The notes beneath the pieces are model-generated. The model saw nothing but the letters and a program-made list of their open reading frames with translations, had not been told where the DNA came from and searched no databases. Source: an uncultured Rickettsiales bacterium (lineage in GTDB: Bacteria; Pseudomonadota; Alphaproteobacteria; Rickettsiales; CANDYO01). From it: 64,000 nucleotides of DNA. Within the stretch, counting starts at the first letter, position 1. Each line of letters starts with the position of its first letter. The DNA is taken from assembly GCA_964627795.1 (NCBI GenBank), contig CAZVLF010000003.1, forward strand, positions 77,547-141,546, given 5' to 3'. Below, in pieces: positions 50,401 through 57,680 of the stretch. A program made the translations under genes and the position numbers.

Positions 50401-50721
50401 GAATTAATAGTTCAGTTATTCAATGGTGAATTATCTAGCAAAAATGAAGAAGAATTAAAAAGATATGCAAATCTTGCAGCTATAGGCGACGAAGTTGTGC
50501 AATTTGAAATTGCAGAATATATAGCAAAAGATAAATATCGTTTATCTAATGTAAAAAGAGAATTATTTGGATCTAAAAGGCAAGATAAAAAAAGATTTAT
50601 TTTAATAGAGCATAAACTACATAAATTTCCACTTCCACTCAGCTACCCAGATGAAAAAATTGAATTTATTGTAACTAGTGTTGGGCATAGTCAAGAAAAA
50701 TCAATAAAATATAAATTTTAA
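47488..50721 (+). CDS. RcGTA g15-like host-specificity / baseplate (megatron-type) tail protein
   Basis: 1077 aa with a Gly-rich N-terminus (FFGGFGKFLGQSIAGPIGGMIGS). It carries IIPGSGEFVYDT, GGANYGGTVNDLSIIRYLEELKARGYKILFYPMLFVD and a GH-like central domain. Confidence 0.8.
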   Translation: MSSTFFGGFGKFLGQSIAGPIGGMIGSELDKELFSPKVAPKQGRRINEFTLQTAVYGREIPIIYGKVKLGGNIIWSSKIKEQKEDFYQKRSKFGGRSLIASQFNYSISLAIALAEGEVDEILRVWADDHLIDLKMVNYRFYKGCEDQTPDPLIEAYQGFGMTPAFRGLCYVVIEDLPLKEYGNHIPNFTFEVVRNIKTKANNGDEPIEDRIKSMVIIPGSGEFVYDTIIQSKVPNKYNPNFGYFNYHKSKINQNNRENKADSLVSLDQLQKTCPNIEWVAPVVGWFTTSLDLGRCKIMPGVEYKDGDTIPDPWKVNFYTRDNAYLISRSKHGGANYGGTVNDLSIIRYLEELKARGYKILFYPMLFVDHVNKPWRGRITGRANQVESFFKKNQGYNKFILHYANLVKDKVDAFLIGSELIGITRIKDENDRFPGVDCLIDLAKQVKEIMGDKVKVSYAADWSEYHHSENGWYNLDPLWACNYIDFIGIDAYFPLTNSTLSIKNEEDISKGWNSGEGWDYYYEDQSKTIKKPLKPEYAWKNIEFWWSNKHVNPDGKQTSWVPKSKKIWFTEIGFPSVDLASNQPNVFFAPDSMESKFPIHSKGRVDFVSQRQALSASEKFWRNSNFLERMFVWTWDARPFPFWPDMLKIWSDGGCWSRGHWVNGKLGKTSLNSIIIDVLNRVGINDQYIEVEQLTDIVDGFIVTSKDTAKEIIDILKSAYCFTTYERDGKIKFIKKKNFETHYIEYDSLIISYNENNYKTKIKKSSINEIPKSVEIYYYDYLYDYNPTLEIRHNYNVEGIQKLCIQIPINLDKASASLIAEIILKELYYKQLTYEFYLSTEYAKIVPNDIIFLNDHKKTLSLRVEKLEFGAGKICKIKASSVNPEIYEQYSSLNLNNYNVLLNKTNLDPGATELIALKIPPLPYEHMNNIIYLGVIGEDKDWRGACVICPDNSLLFFPYEITYGIIEIDEDGELIVQLFNGELSSKNEEELKRYANLAAIGDEVVQFEIAEYIAKDKYRLSNVKRELFGSKRQDKKRFILIEHKLHKFPLPLSYPDEKIEFIVTSVGHSQEKSIKYKF

Positions 50722-50781
50722 CTCTTTTAAAATTCATCTAAAAGTTTTATATTAAACCAGTTGCTTAATTAAAGATATGAA

Positions 50782-51543
50782 ATGAGATTTCTAACAATAA
50801 TTTTTATTTTTTTTATTGCTTTTATAACTTTTCTTTATGAATTATCTCACTATGTAAATTCAGAAAAGTTAGAATATTTAGATAAAGAAATAGGCTCTTT
50901 TGAGGTTGTAGTTGCTAGATACAATGAAAATATTGATTGGATTTTAAAAGAATTTCCGCATGATAAAGTTACAATATACAACAAAGGAAAACAAAATCTT
51001 AAAACTCATTCCAATTATAAAATTATAAAACTTCCTAACCTTGGTAGAGAAGCGCATACTTATCTTTATCACATAATTAATAATTATGATAATTTAAGCG
51101 ACAGAATATTATTTCTTCAAGGGAATCCATATACTAATCATGAGATGCATTTTATTTTTCTGCCTTTAAAAAAATATAAAATACTTAAAGAAACCAATTG
51201 TAAAGCCATAATTGCAAAAGATTGTTTCTTAACTACTGAAAATAAAGAAAAAAAATTACTCTTAAACTTAAGCAATACAAAATGGAAAGATGTAATTTAT
51301 AAAAGTTATGATTTTATTGATTTTAAAAGGAGGTTTGTTGATTTAAATGGTTCTTCTAAAGAATATTTTTATACCAATTACCAAGCAAATTTTTCTGTGG
51401 ATAAATGCAAAATTTTATCTCACAGTAAAGAATATTATGAAACTCTTTTTAACACTCTAGATAATGCAGCACCAATTGAAGGACATTATTTAGAGCGCCT
51501 GTGGGATGTGATTTTTTCAAATAATTCTCAATCTTGCAAATAA
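50782..51543 (+). CDS. DUF3431-like protein with N-terminal membrane anchor (eukaryote-type family)
   Basis: 253 aa with the TM anchor FLTIIFIFFIAFITFLY. VVVARYNENIDWI and LPNLGREAHTYLYHIINNYDNLSDRILFLQG match my recollection of the DUF3431 core (NKGREA..YL..II.NYD.L). Confidence 0.55.
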   Translation: MRFLTIIFIFFIAFITFLYELSHYVNSEKLEYLDKEIGSFEVVVARYNENIDWILKEFPHDKVTIYNKGKQNLKTHSNYKIIKLPNLGREAHTYLYHIINNYDNLSDRILFLQGNPYTNHEMHFIFLPLKKYKILKETNCKAIIAKDCFLTTENKEKKLLLNLSNTKWKDVIYKSYDFIDFKRRFVDLNGSSKEYFYTNYQANFSVDKCKILSHSKEYYETLFNTLDNAAPIEGHYLERLWDVIFSNNSQSCK

Positions 51544-51642
51544 CTTCTATAGTAAAATAAATTTAATCAGCTGCTTAAATATTGATGCAAACTTTATTTT
51601 GTTTCTCAAGTTTTACTCAAAAAAAAACTATCAAATATACAT

Positions 51643-52239
51643 ATGAATAATTTTTACGAAATACAATTTCCTTCTGATATTGCTTATGGTGCCACAGGTG
51701 GACCTGAGTTTTTAACTGATATATACACAGCTTCAAGTGGAATTGAAACAAGAAATATTAATTGGAATAATTCTAGATGTAGATATAATCTTGCACCAGC
51801 AATCAAAACAAAAGATCAGCTAGATATAATAGTTACTTTTTTTAGAATATGCAAAGGAAAGGCAATTGGTTTTAGGTTTAAGGATTGGATGGATTATTCC
51901 ATATCAAAACAAAAAATTGATATGGGTGATGGAAACAAAACAGAATTTCAAGTTATTAAAACTTATATAGTAGAAAGTATCAAGATAGAAAGAAAAATAG
52001 CTAAGCCAGTCAAGGACAGACTTAAAATTTATGTAAATAATGTGCAAGTAAAACCACATATAAATTACACCACCGGAAAAATTATCTTTGAAACTCCTCC
52101 TGCAAAGGGAAGTGAAATTTTAGTTGAAGGAGAGTTTGATATTCCAGTCAGGTTTGATATAGATAAACTAACCACTTCAATTGAAAATCATTTAATTTAC
52201 TCACATTATGAGATTCCTCTTATTGAGTTGAAACTTTAA
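51643..52239 (+). CDS. RcGTA g12-like protein (DUF2460 / TIGR02217 family)
   Basis: 198 aa with FYEIQFPSDIAYGATGGPEFLTDIYTASSGIETRNINWNNSRCRYNL. Confidence 0.8.
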   Translation: MNNFYEIQFPSDIAYGATGGPEFLTDIYTASSGIETRNINWNNSRCRYNLAPAIKTKDQLDIIVTFFRICKGKAIGFRFKDWMDYSISKQKIDMGDGNKTEFQVIKTYIVESIKIERKIAKPVKDRLKIYVNNVQVKPHINYTTGKIIFETPPAKGSEILVEGEFDIPVRFDIDKLTTSIENHLIYSHYEIPLIELKL

Positions 52240-52306
52240 AAAAACTTGCACTTGAAGTTAATTTGCATTATTAGTGATATTAATTAATTAGACTTAAGTA
52301 ACTAAA

Positions 52307-53197
52307 ATGCCCCAGCTGAAGAATAATCAATTAGCTATATCAATGATGATGTTGCATGCTCTGGCTGTAGCTGGATTATTTGTGTTAATGAAGTTATTAA
52401 CTAAAGAAATAAGTTCTAATTTTGCAGTATTCGTTTATAAATTCATTTCTCTTTTTTTTCTTTTGCCATGGGTATTAAGCAAAGGCGGTTTAAGCAATTT
52501 ATACACTAAAAAGATCTCTATTTATATTATTGGATCAATTTTAGGAACTTCAGCAACATTATGCTTAATGTATGGACTGAAATTTATTCCTGTGGCAAAT
52601 GTAACTATACTAGGATATTTAGAAAAAGTATTATTAATACTAATAGGGATTTTTTATTTTAAAGAAAAATTATCGTGGACTATTATTTTATCGATAATAA
52701 TATGCATTGCTGGTGCAATTATTATTGTTATTCCTAAATTTAACCATCAAATAGAGTTTAATCATTATTACACATATATTCTTTTATCAATAATATTATG
52801 GGTTTTATATTGCCTTACAGTGAAATATTTAGGTGACACAGATAGTTTTAAGTGTCAAACATTTTATACAGTAGCTTTATCTACAATATTATCTTTTTTT
52901 GTTAGTTATTTTCTAGATAAACAAGATTATTTTGTTAAACAAGCATTTACTAGCAATCAATTAATACTATTTATTTTTAGTGCATTTCTTTATATTATTA
53001 TTTCTACATCTTTGTTTAAGTCGTTTAGAACAGGAAATTTATCTATAATAACTCCATTTGGATATACTAAAGTGGTGTTTGCCGCAATATTAGGTTATAT
53101 TTTCTTTGGTGAAATTCCCTCACTAATCCAAATTATAGGCTATAGTATGATTATTATATCTTCTTGGTATATTGCTTATCAAAACTCTTCAAAATAA
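52307..53197 (+). CDS. EamA/DMT-superfamily transporter
   Basis: 296 aa with 10 TM helices in a two-EamA-repeat architecture. It is inserted between g12 and g13. Confidence 0.7.
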   Translation: MPQLKNNQLAISMMMLHALAVAGLFVLMKLLTKEISSNFAVFVYKFISLFFLLPWVLSKGGLSNLYTKKISIYIIGSILGTSATLCLMYGLKFIPVANVTILGYLEKVLLILIGIFYFKEKLSWTIILSIIICIAGAIIIVIPKFNHQIEFNHYYTYILLSIILWVLYCLTVKYLGDTDSFKCQTFYTVALSTILSFFVSYFLDKQDYFVKQAFTSNQLILFIFSAFLYIIISTSLFKSFRTGNLSIITPFGYTKVVFAAILGYIFFGEIPSLIQIIGYSMIIISSWYIAYQNSSK

Positions 53198-53219
53198 ATT
53201 ATTTTCTAAATAAAATTTT

Positions 53220-54002
53220 ATGAATATAACTAATTACGTTACATGCATTAACATTATGCTAATGGATGGAAATCAAATAAACTTAACTACTTCTGATGAA
53301 GAAGTTAGGTATAACAAACAAATATTTTATCCAATAGGAGGTCTTAGTATAAGTAAAATATCAACTTCTGAGCAATTAGGAGAAGATAACTTTTATTTTA
53401 ACTGTGCTATTGATGATAATTTTTTTAAATATAAGGATTTAATTGAAGGAAGATTCAATCAAGCTATGCTTGAAGTATGGTTGGTTAATAATAATGAAGA
53501 AAAAATTTTGTTAAAAACGGGCTTTATAGGAGTAATTAGTATAAAAGCTGAGAATTTTTTCACGGCTGAAATCGAATCATTAAGTAGTAAAACTAAAAAT
53601 ACACTAGGAAAATGTTACCTTAGAACTTGTAGGGCAAATTTTGGTGATATGAATTGTAAAATAGATGCTTCTAAATATAGTTTTCCAGGGCAAATAAGCT
53701 TTGTAAATATAGGTAATTCATTTAGTGATAAAGATCGCTTAGAACCAGATGATTATTTCACTTATGGAAAAATAAAATTTGTTAGTGGAAAATTTCAAGA
53801 TAAAGAGTTTCAGGTTTCAAGTTACTTAAACTCTAGCATTTATATTGATTGTCATTATAAGCTAGATTTTAAAGTAGGAGATGAATATATAATCACTGCG
53901 GGATGTGATAAGGAATTACAAACATGTATTTCGAAATTCGCAAATGCTATAAATTTTCGAGGTGAGTCTTTTATTCCCTCTAAAACTCAATTAGTTCAAT
54001 GA
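53220..54002 (+). CDS. RcGTA g13-like protein (DUF2163, BR0599-type distal tail protein)
   Basis: 260 aa with CRANFGDMNCKIDASKY and a C-terminal ITAGCDKELQTCISKFANAINFRGE. Confidence 0.75.
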   Translation: MNITNYVTCINIMLMDGNQINLTTSDEEVRYNKQIFYPIGGLSISKISTSEQLGEDNFYFNCAIDDNFFKYKDLIEGRFNQAMLEVWLVNNNEEKILLKTGFIGVISIKAENFFTAEIESLSSKTKNTLGKCYLRTCRANFGDMNCKIDASKYSFPGQISFVNIGNSFSDKDRLEPDDYFTYGKIKFVSGKFQDKEFQVSSYLNSSIYIDCHYKLDFKVGDEYIITAGCDKELQTCISKFANAINFRGESFIPSKTQLVQ

Positions 54003-54412
54003 CAAATAATAATATAGTTGAGCAAGCAAGATCATGGATTGGAGTTAAATTTAAACACCAAGGGAGACTCAAGAGTGGATGTGATTGCTTAGGTTTAATA
54101 ATGAATTTAGAAATAATATGTAAAAATGGCAAAAAATTAAAATATTATGATGAAACTAATTACCCAAAAATCCAATTAAGTAATCATTTAATGGAGAAGC
54201 TAGATTTGCTTCTGCACCAAGTTGATAATAATAATATCAAACCAGGAAATATAGTTCTTCTTCAAGTAAATGATCTTACACAGCATTTAGCTGTTATTAG
54301 CCAAATATCCCCACTTATATCAATAATACATTCTTATGCTCAAGTAAGGTCTGTAGTTGAACAAACGCTTCCAACATACTGGAAGATAGCAAGAACTTAC
54401 AAATCTAATTAA
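53999..54412 (+). CDS. RcGTA g14-like NlpC/P60 cell-wall peptidase
   Basis: 137 aa. ARSWIGVKFKHQGRLKSGCDCLGLI contains the catalytic Cys, and HLAVIS and IIHS are also present. It overlaps g13 by 4 nt. Confidence 0.75.
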   Translation: MTNNNIVEQARSWIGVKFKHQGRLKSGCDCLGLIMNLEIICKNGKKLKYYDETNYPKIQLSNHLMEKLDLLLHQVDNNNIKPGNIVLLQVNDLTQHLAVISQISPLISIIHSYAQVRSVVEQTLPTYWKIARTYKSN

Positions 54413-54440
54413 TCAATAAATAATATTTAGGAGGTTTTAA

Positions 54441-54884
54441 ATGATAACTCTTGTTGCTTCATTGGTGGGTTTTATCAGTTCATTAATTCCGGAGATAATG
54501 AAATATTTTTTGGATAGAAATGATAAAAAACATGAGATAAAAATATTAGAACAACAAATGAGAATGAAAAAAGTAGGGATTTCTTATTTGGATGAAGTTA
54601 TGATTAATAATGACTATAAAGAGACTCAGGCGCTTTATAAAACCTATAAAACAGGTATTTGTTGGGTTGATGCTTTAAATGGGACTGTTAGACCTGTATT
54701 GGCTTATTCTTTTTTTGCAATCTATACTTTTGTTAAGTTTTTACAATATAAAATTATATCTACAACAATAAGTATTAACGAAATAATAAATGTGCTTTGG
54801 AGTGTGGATGATCAAGCAATTTTTGCCGGAATAATAAGTTTTTATTTTGGTCAAAGAGCTGTTAGTAAGCTAAGAGGTAAATGA
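54441..54884 (+). CDS. Three-TM holin-like protein (GTA_holin_3TM-like)
   Basis: 147 aa with a GGAGG RBS. There is an N-terminal TM helix, a charged linker, then WVDALNGTVRPVLAYSFFAIY and a third TM helix. It overlaps the lysozyme start by 4 nt. Confidence 0.5.
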   Translation: MITLVASLVGFISSLIPEIMKYFLDRNDKKHEIKILEQQMRMKKVGISYLDEVMINNDYKETQALYKTYKTGICWVDALNGTVRPVLAYSFFAIYTFVKFLQYKIISTTISINEIINVLWSVDDQAIFAGIISFYFGQRAVSKLRGK

Positions 54885-55309
54885 TGGATATATCTTTAGA
54901 AGGCATAAGTTTAATTAAAAGTTTAGAAGGATTTAAAGCTGAACCCTATATATGTTCAGGCGGTTATAAAACAATAGGTTATGGGCATGTTATTTTAAGT
55001 AATGAATATGATGTAATAACTGAAAGCGAAGCAGACGTTATTTTATTTAAAGATATTGCTAAAGCTAAAGAATCTGTTTGCAGGAATATAGAAATAAAAT
55101 TAAAGCAATGCCAATTTGATGCTTTAGTATCTTTTACATTTAATGTTGGAGGGGCGGCCTTACAACGATCTACGCTAAGACAAAAAATAAATAGAAGTGA
55201 ACATGATTTAATTCCCAAAGAGCTACAAAAATGGGTATATGCTGGAGGAAGAATAATTCCTGGTTTAATAAAAAGAAGAATTATTGAAGCAGAAGTTTAT
55301 TCTAATTAA
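54881..55309 (+). CDS. Phage lysozyme (GH24 endolysin)
   Basis: 142 aa with LEGISLIKSLEGFKAEPYICSGGYKTIGYGH and ALVSFTFNVGGAAL. Confidence 0.85.
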   Translation: MMDISLEGISLIKSLEGFKAEPYICSGGYKTIGYGHVILSNEYDVITESEADVILFKDIAKAKESVCRNIEIKLKQCQFDALVSFTFNVGGAALQRSTLRQKINRSEHDLIPKELQKWVYAGGRIIPGLIKRRIIEAEVYSN

Positions 55310-55311
55310 AT

Positions 55312-56481
55312 TTAATGTTTTTTTGCCATTGCATACTCAACAAAAAATTTTTTTAATTTGGGCATATTATTTATCATGCTTAAACCAACTCTTCTTATTT
55401 TAGCAATTGGAGTTATATTGTTTGAAAAAAGTTTATTTAAACTATCTGTAATGATAGCCATTTTACGATTATCATTTTGTCGGGATATTTGATATTCACT
55501 AAGAGCTTGATAACATCCATAGTTAAATCCAAGTTGTTGATATTTGCTTATAATTTCTGCCAGCGCTTCTATATCTTTAATGCCCATATTAAACCCTTGT
55601 CCAGAAATGGGGTGAATTGCATGAGCTGCATCTCCAACTAAAACAACATGGTTATGGAAATATTTTTTTGCCATAATTATTTTTAATGGATAGTTACTTA
55701 TTTCGCTATCTAATTCGGCTTGTCCAAGATAACATTCAAGTTTTTCATTAATGTAAAAATTGAATTTATCTTTACTTAATTTAGCAATAGTATCTGCAAT
55801 TTCCACTTCTTCTGCCCATACAATGCCTGATTTATGTTGGTCTTTAAAAGGTAAAACAGCAAAAGGTCCTCCTTTAAAAAACATTTCTTGTGCAATATTA
55901 CCATGTGGAATTGAGTGTTTTATTTTGCAAACCAAAGCATTTTGGTTATAGCTTTTTTCAGCAAAGTCAATTTTGCATAATTGTCTTAAGCTAGAATATT
56001 TTCCATCAGCAGCAATAATAAGGTCTGTTTGATAGATTTTATTATTAATTTTAATTTTTGCTTGGTCTAAATCATTCTCAAGCAATTCATACTTAGAATT
56101 ATCAATAATTGTAATATTTGAATCGTCTTTTACTTTTTCTAATGCTAGGTTCAATAAATTTCCACCTTCAACAATATATCCCATCGTACATTGGTTATCA
56201 AAATGCAAAAAAAGTGGGGAATGATTATCTGTTACTCTTATTTGTTCTATTTTACCAGCAAATGGTTCAATTTTTTCCCAAATATTAATTTGCTCAAGAA
56301 ATTGTTTAGAACCATAGGTTAAAGCTATTGCTCTTCCATCTTCTGCTTTTCCTAGAATAATCTCTTTTTGATCTATTAAAATAGACTTTATTCCTTTAGC
56401 GCTTAAAGCAAGGGAGGTGAATAGGCCACTTAATCCAGCGCCAACTATAATTAAAGATCTTGACATAAAAGTTATTTGCAA
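55312..56481 (-). CDS. ubiH: FAD-dependent ubiquinone biosynthesis hydroxylase (UbiH/UbiF/Coq6 family)
   Basis: 389 aa with LIIVGAGLSGL, the DG motif AADGKYS, and VLVGDAAHAIHPISGQGFNMGIKD. Confidence 0.8.
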   Translation of the reverse strand: MQITFMSRSLIIVGAGLSGLFTSLALSAKGIKSILIDQKEIILGKAEDGRAIALTYGSKQFLEQINIWEKIEPFAGKIEQIRVTDNHSPLFLHFDNQCTMGYIVEGGNLLNLALEKVKDDSNITIIDNSKYELLENDLDQAKIKINNKIYQTDLIIAADGKYSSLRQLCKIDFAEKSYNQNALVCKIKHSIPHGNIAQEMFFKGGPFAVLPFKDQHKSGIVWAEEVEIADTIAKLSKDKFNFYINEKLECYLGQAELDSEISNYPLKIIMAKKYFHNHVVLVGDAAHAIHPISGQGFNMGIKDIEALAEIISKYQQLGFNYGCYQALSEYQISRQNDNRKMAIITDSLNKLFSNNITPIAKIRRVGLSMINNMPKLKKFFVEYAMAKKH

Positions 56482-56540
56482 ATTTAATAATTACAACATA
56501 ATATACAATTTAATAGCAAGCTTAGTAAAGGCAAATTTAT

Positions 56541-57152
56541 ATGGATTTTTCAGAACTGCAAAATTTTGATTATGCAATAATTATTGTAATGGGTTTATCT
56601 ATTTATGCTGGTTGGAAAGCTGGCTTAATAAGAAGTATGATAGGTTTTTTTGCTTGGTTTGGTTCATTGATAATTGTAGCCGATAGCCATAATGTGGTGT
56701 TTAACTTTGTCAATAGCTTAATCCATAGTAAGTTTATTAGCTTATTTATTTCAACAATTGGCTTTTATATAATATTAGTTATAGCTTTTTCCATGCTTGG
56801 AGAAAGAGTTTCTAAAACTACTGCTAAATTTGGTGGAAGCTCCACAGATAAAATAACTGGTGGTATTTTTGGAGCTATGATAGGCGGTATTATTGCCTGT
56901 ACTATATTCTGGCTTACTTATATGGCTTTATATGCTCTAAATGATCAAAAATTCCCTAATTGGTTTGCAAAAGCAAAATCATATAAACTCCTCAAAATAA
57001 GTTCTGATACTCTCATAGGAGTTGCGTTTTCCGAAGAAGAAAGAGCCAAATTAATGAACTTGGTGAAAAAGAAAAGCAATAAGCTAGAAGAGGAAGTAAA
57101 AAGAAATTTTGAAAGAAGAAAGCAAGGAAGTTCTGATAATTCTGAAGAATAA
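56541..57152 (+). CDS. cvpA: CvpA family membrane protein
   Basis: 203 aa. The N-terminus is FDYAIIIVMGLSIYAGWKAGLIRS, with 4 TM helices. Confidence 0.7.
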   Translation: MDFSELQNFDYAIIIVMGLSIYAGWKAGLIRSMIGFFAWFGSLIIVADSHNVVFNFVNSLIHSKFISLFISTIGFYIILVIAFSMLGERVSKTTAKFGGSSTDKITGGIFGAMIGGIIACTIFWLTYMALYALNDQKFPNWFAKAKSYKLLKISSDTLIGVAFSEEERAKLMNLVKKKSNKLEEEVKRNFERRKQGSSDNSEE

Positions 57153-57441
57153 TTTTTTTTAAAAACTTCAATCATATATAATCAATGTCTAATAATGATA
57201 ATAAACTAAAGATCATTAAAGATGATCTTTTTATCCTAATTTCTTCTTTAGGGAAGGGAATTGAGGATAAAATGATTCACAATAAAATAGATTCTCAAGC
57301 TATCTTTGCTTATACTAAATTAATTGAATCACTACTAAAAATAGAAGTTATAGTTAAAGAAGATAATATGAATCAATATGAAGAGATCAGCGAAGAAGAT
57401 AAACTAATTGTAAGCTTATTTGAAAAGTGTATTGAAGATGT

Positions 57442-57516
57442 GGCTCCTCGGGCCGGATTCGAACCAGCGACCAAGCGGTTAACAGCCGCTTGCTCTACCA
57501 CTGAGCTACCGAGGAA
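57442..57516 (-). tRNA. tRNA-Asn (GUU), CCA encoded
   Basis: Folded by hand from the reverse complement: TCCTCGG TA GCTC AGTGGTA GAGC A AGCGG CTGTTAA CCGCT TGGTC GCTGG TTCGAAT CCGGC CCGAGGA G CCA. The four cloverleaf stems pair, and the anticodon is GTT. Confidence 0.92.
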
Positions 57517-57680
57517 CGATAACAAGCAATAGTTGCTTAGGTGGATCTTTATAGCAGATTATTTTTTAAGTTTCCAGAGTTTTTTTCAAAAAAAAACATT
57601 TTTTTTTATTTTTTTGATTTTAGGTTGTTATTAGACTAACCTATGGTAAAAATAAACAATAAAAATTTTAAATTAGTTTA

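Noticed and set aside
35344-55309. Interpretation as an ordinary degraded prophage
   Set aside because: The tail genes are the RcGTA-specific set (DUF2460 g12, DUF2163 g13, NlpC/P60 g14, giant g15) rather than generic siphovirus genes. No integrase, repressor, replication or att-like repeats were seen. All ORFs are intact rather than frameshifted.
57442-57516. tRNA-Asn as the integration site of a genomic island (GTA/lysis side)
   Set aside because: There is no integrase, no visible direct repeat of the tRNA 3' end in the window, and housekeeping ubiH/cvpA lie between the tRNA and the phage-like genes.
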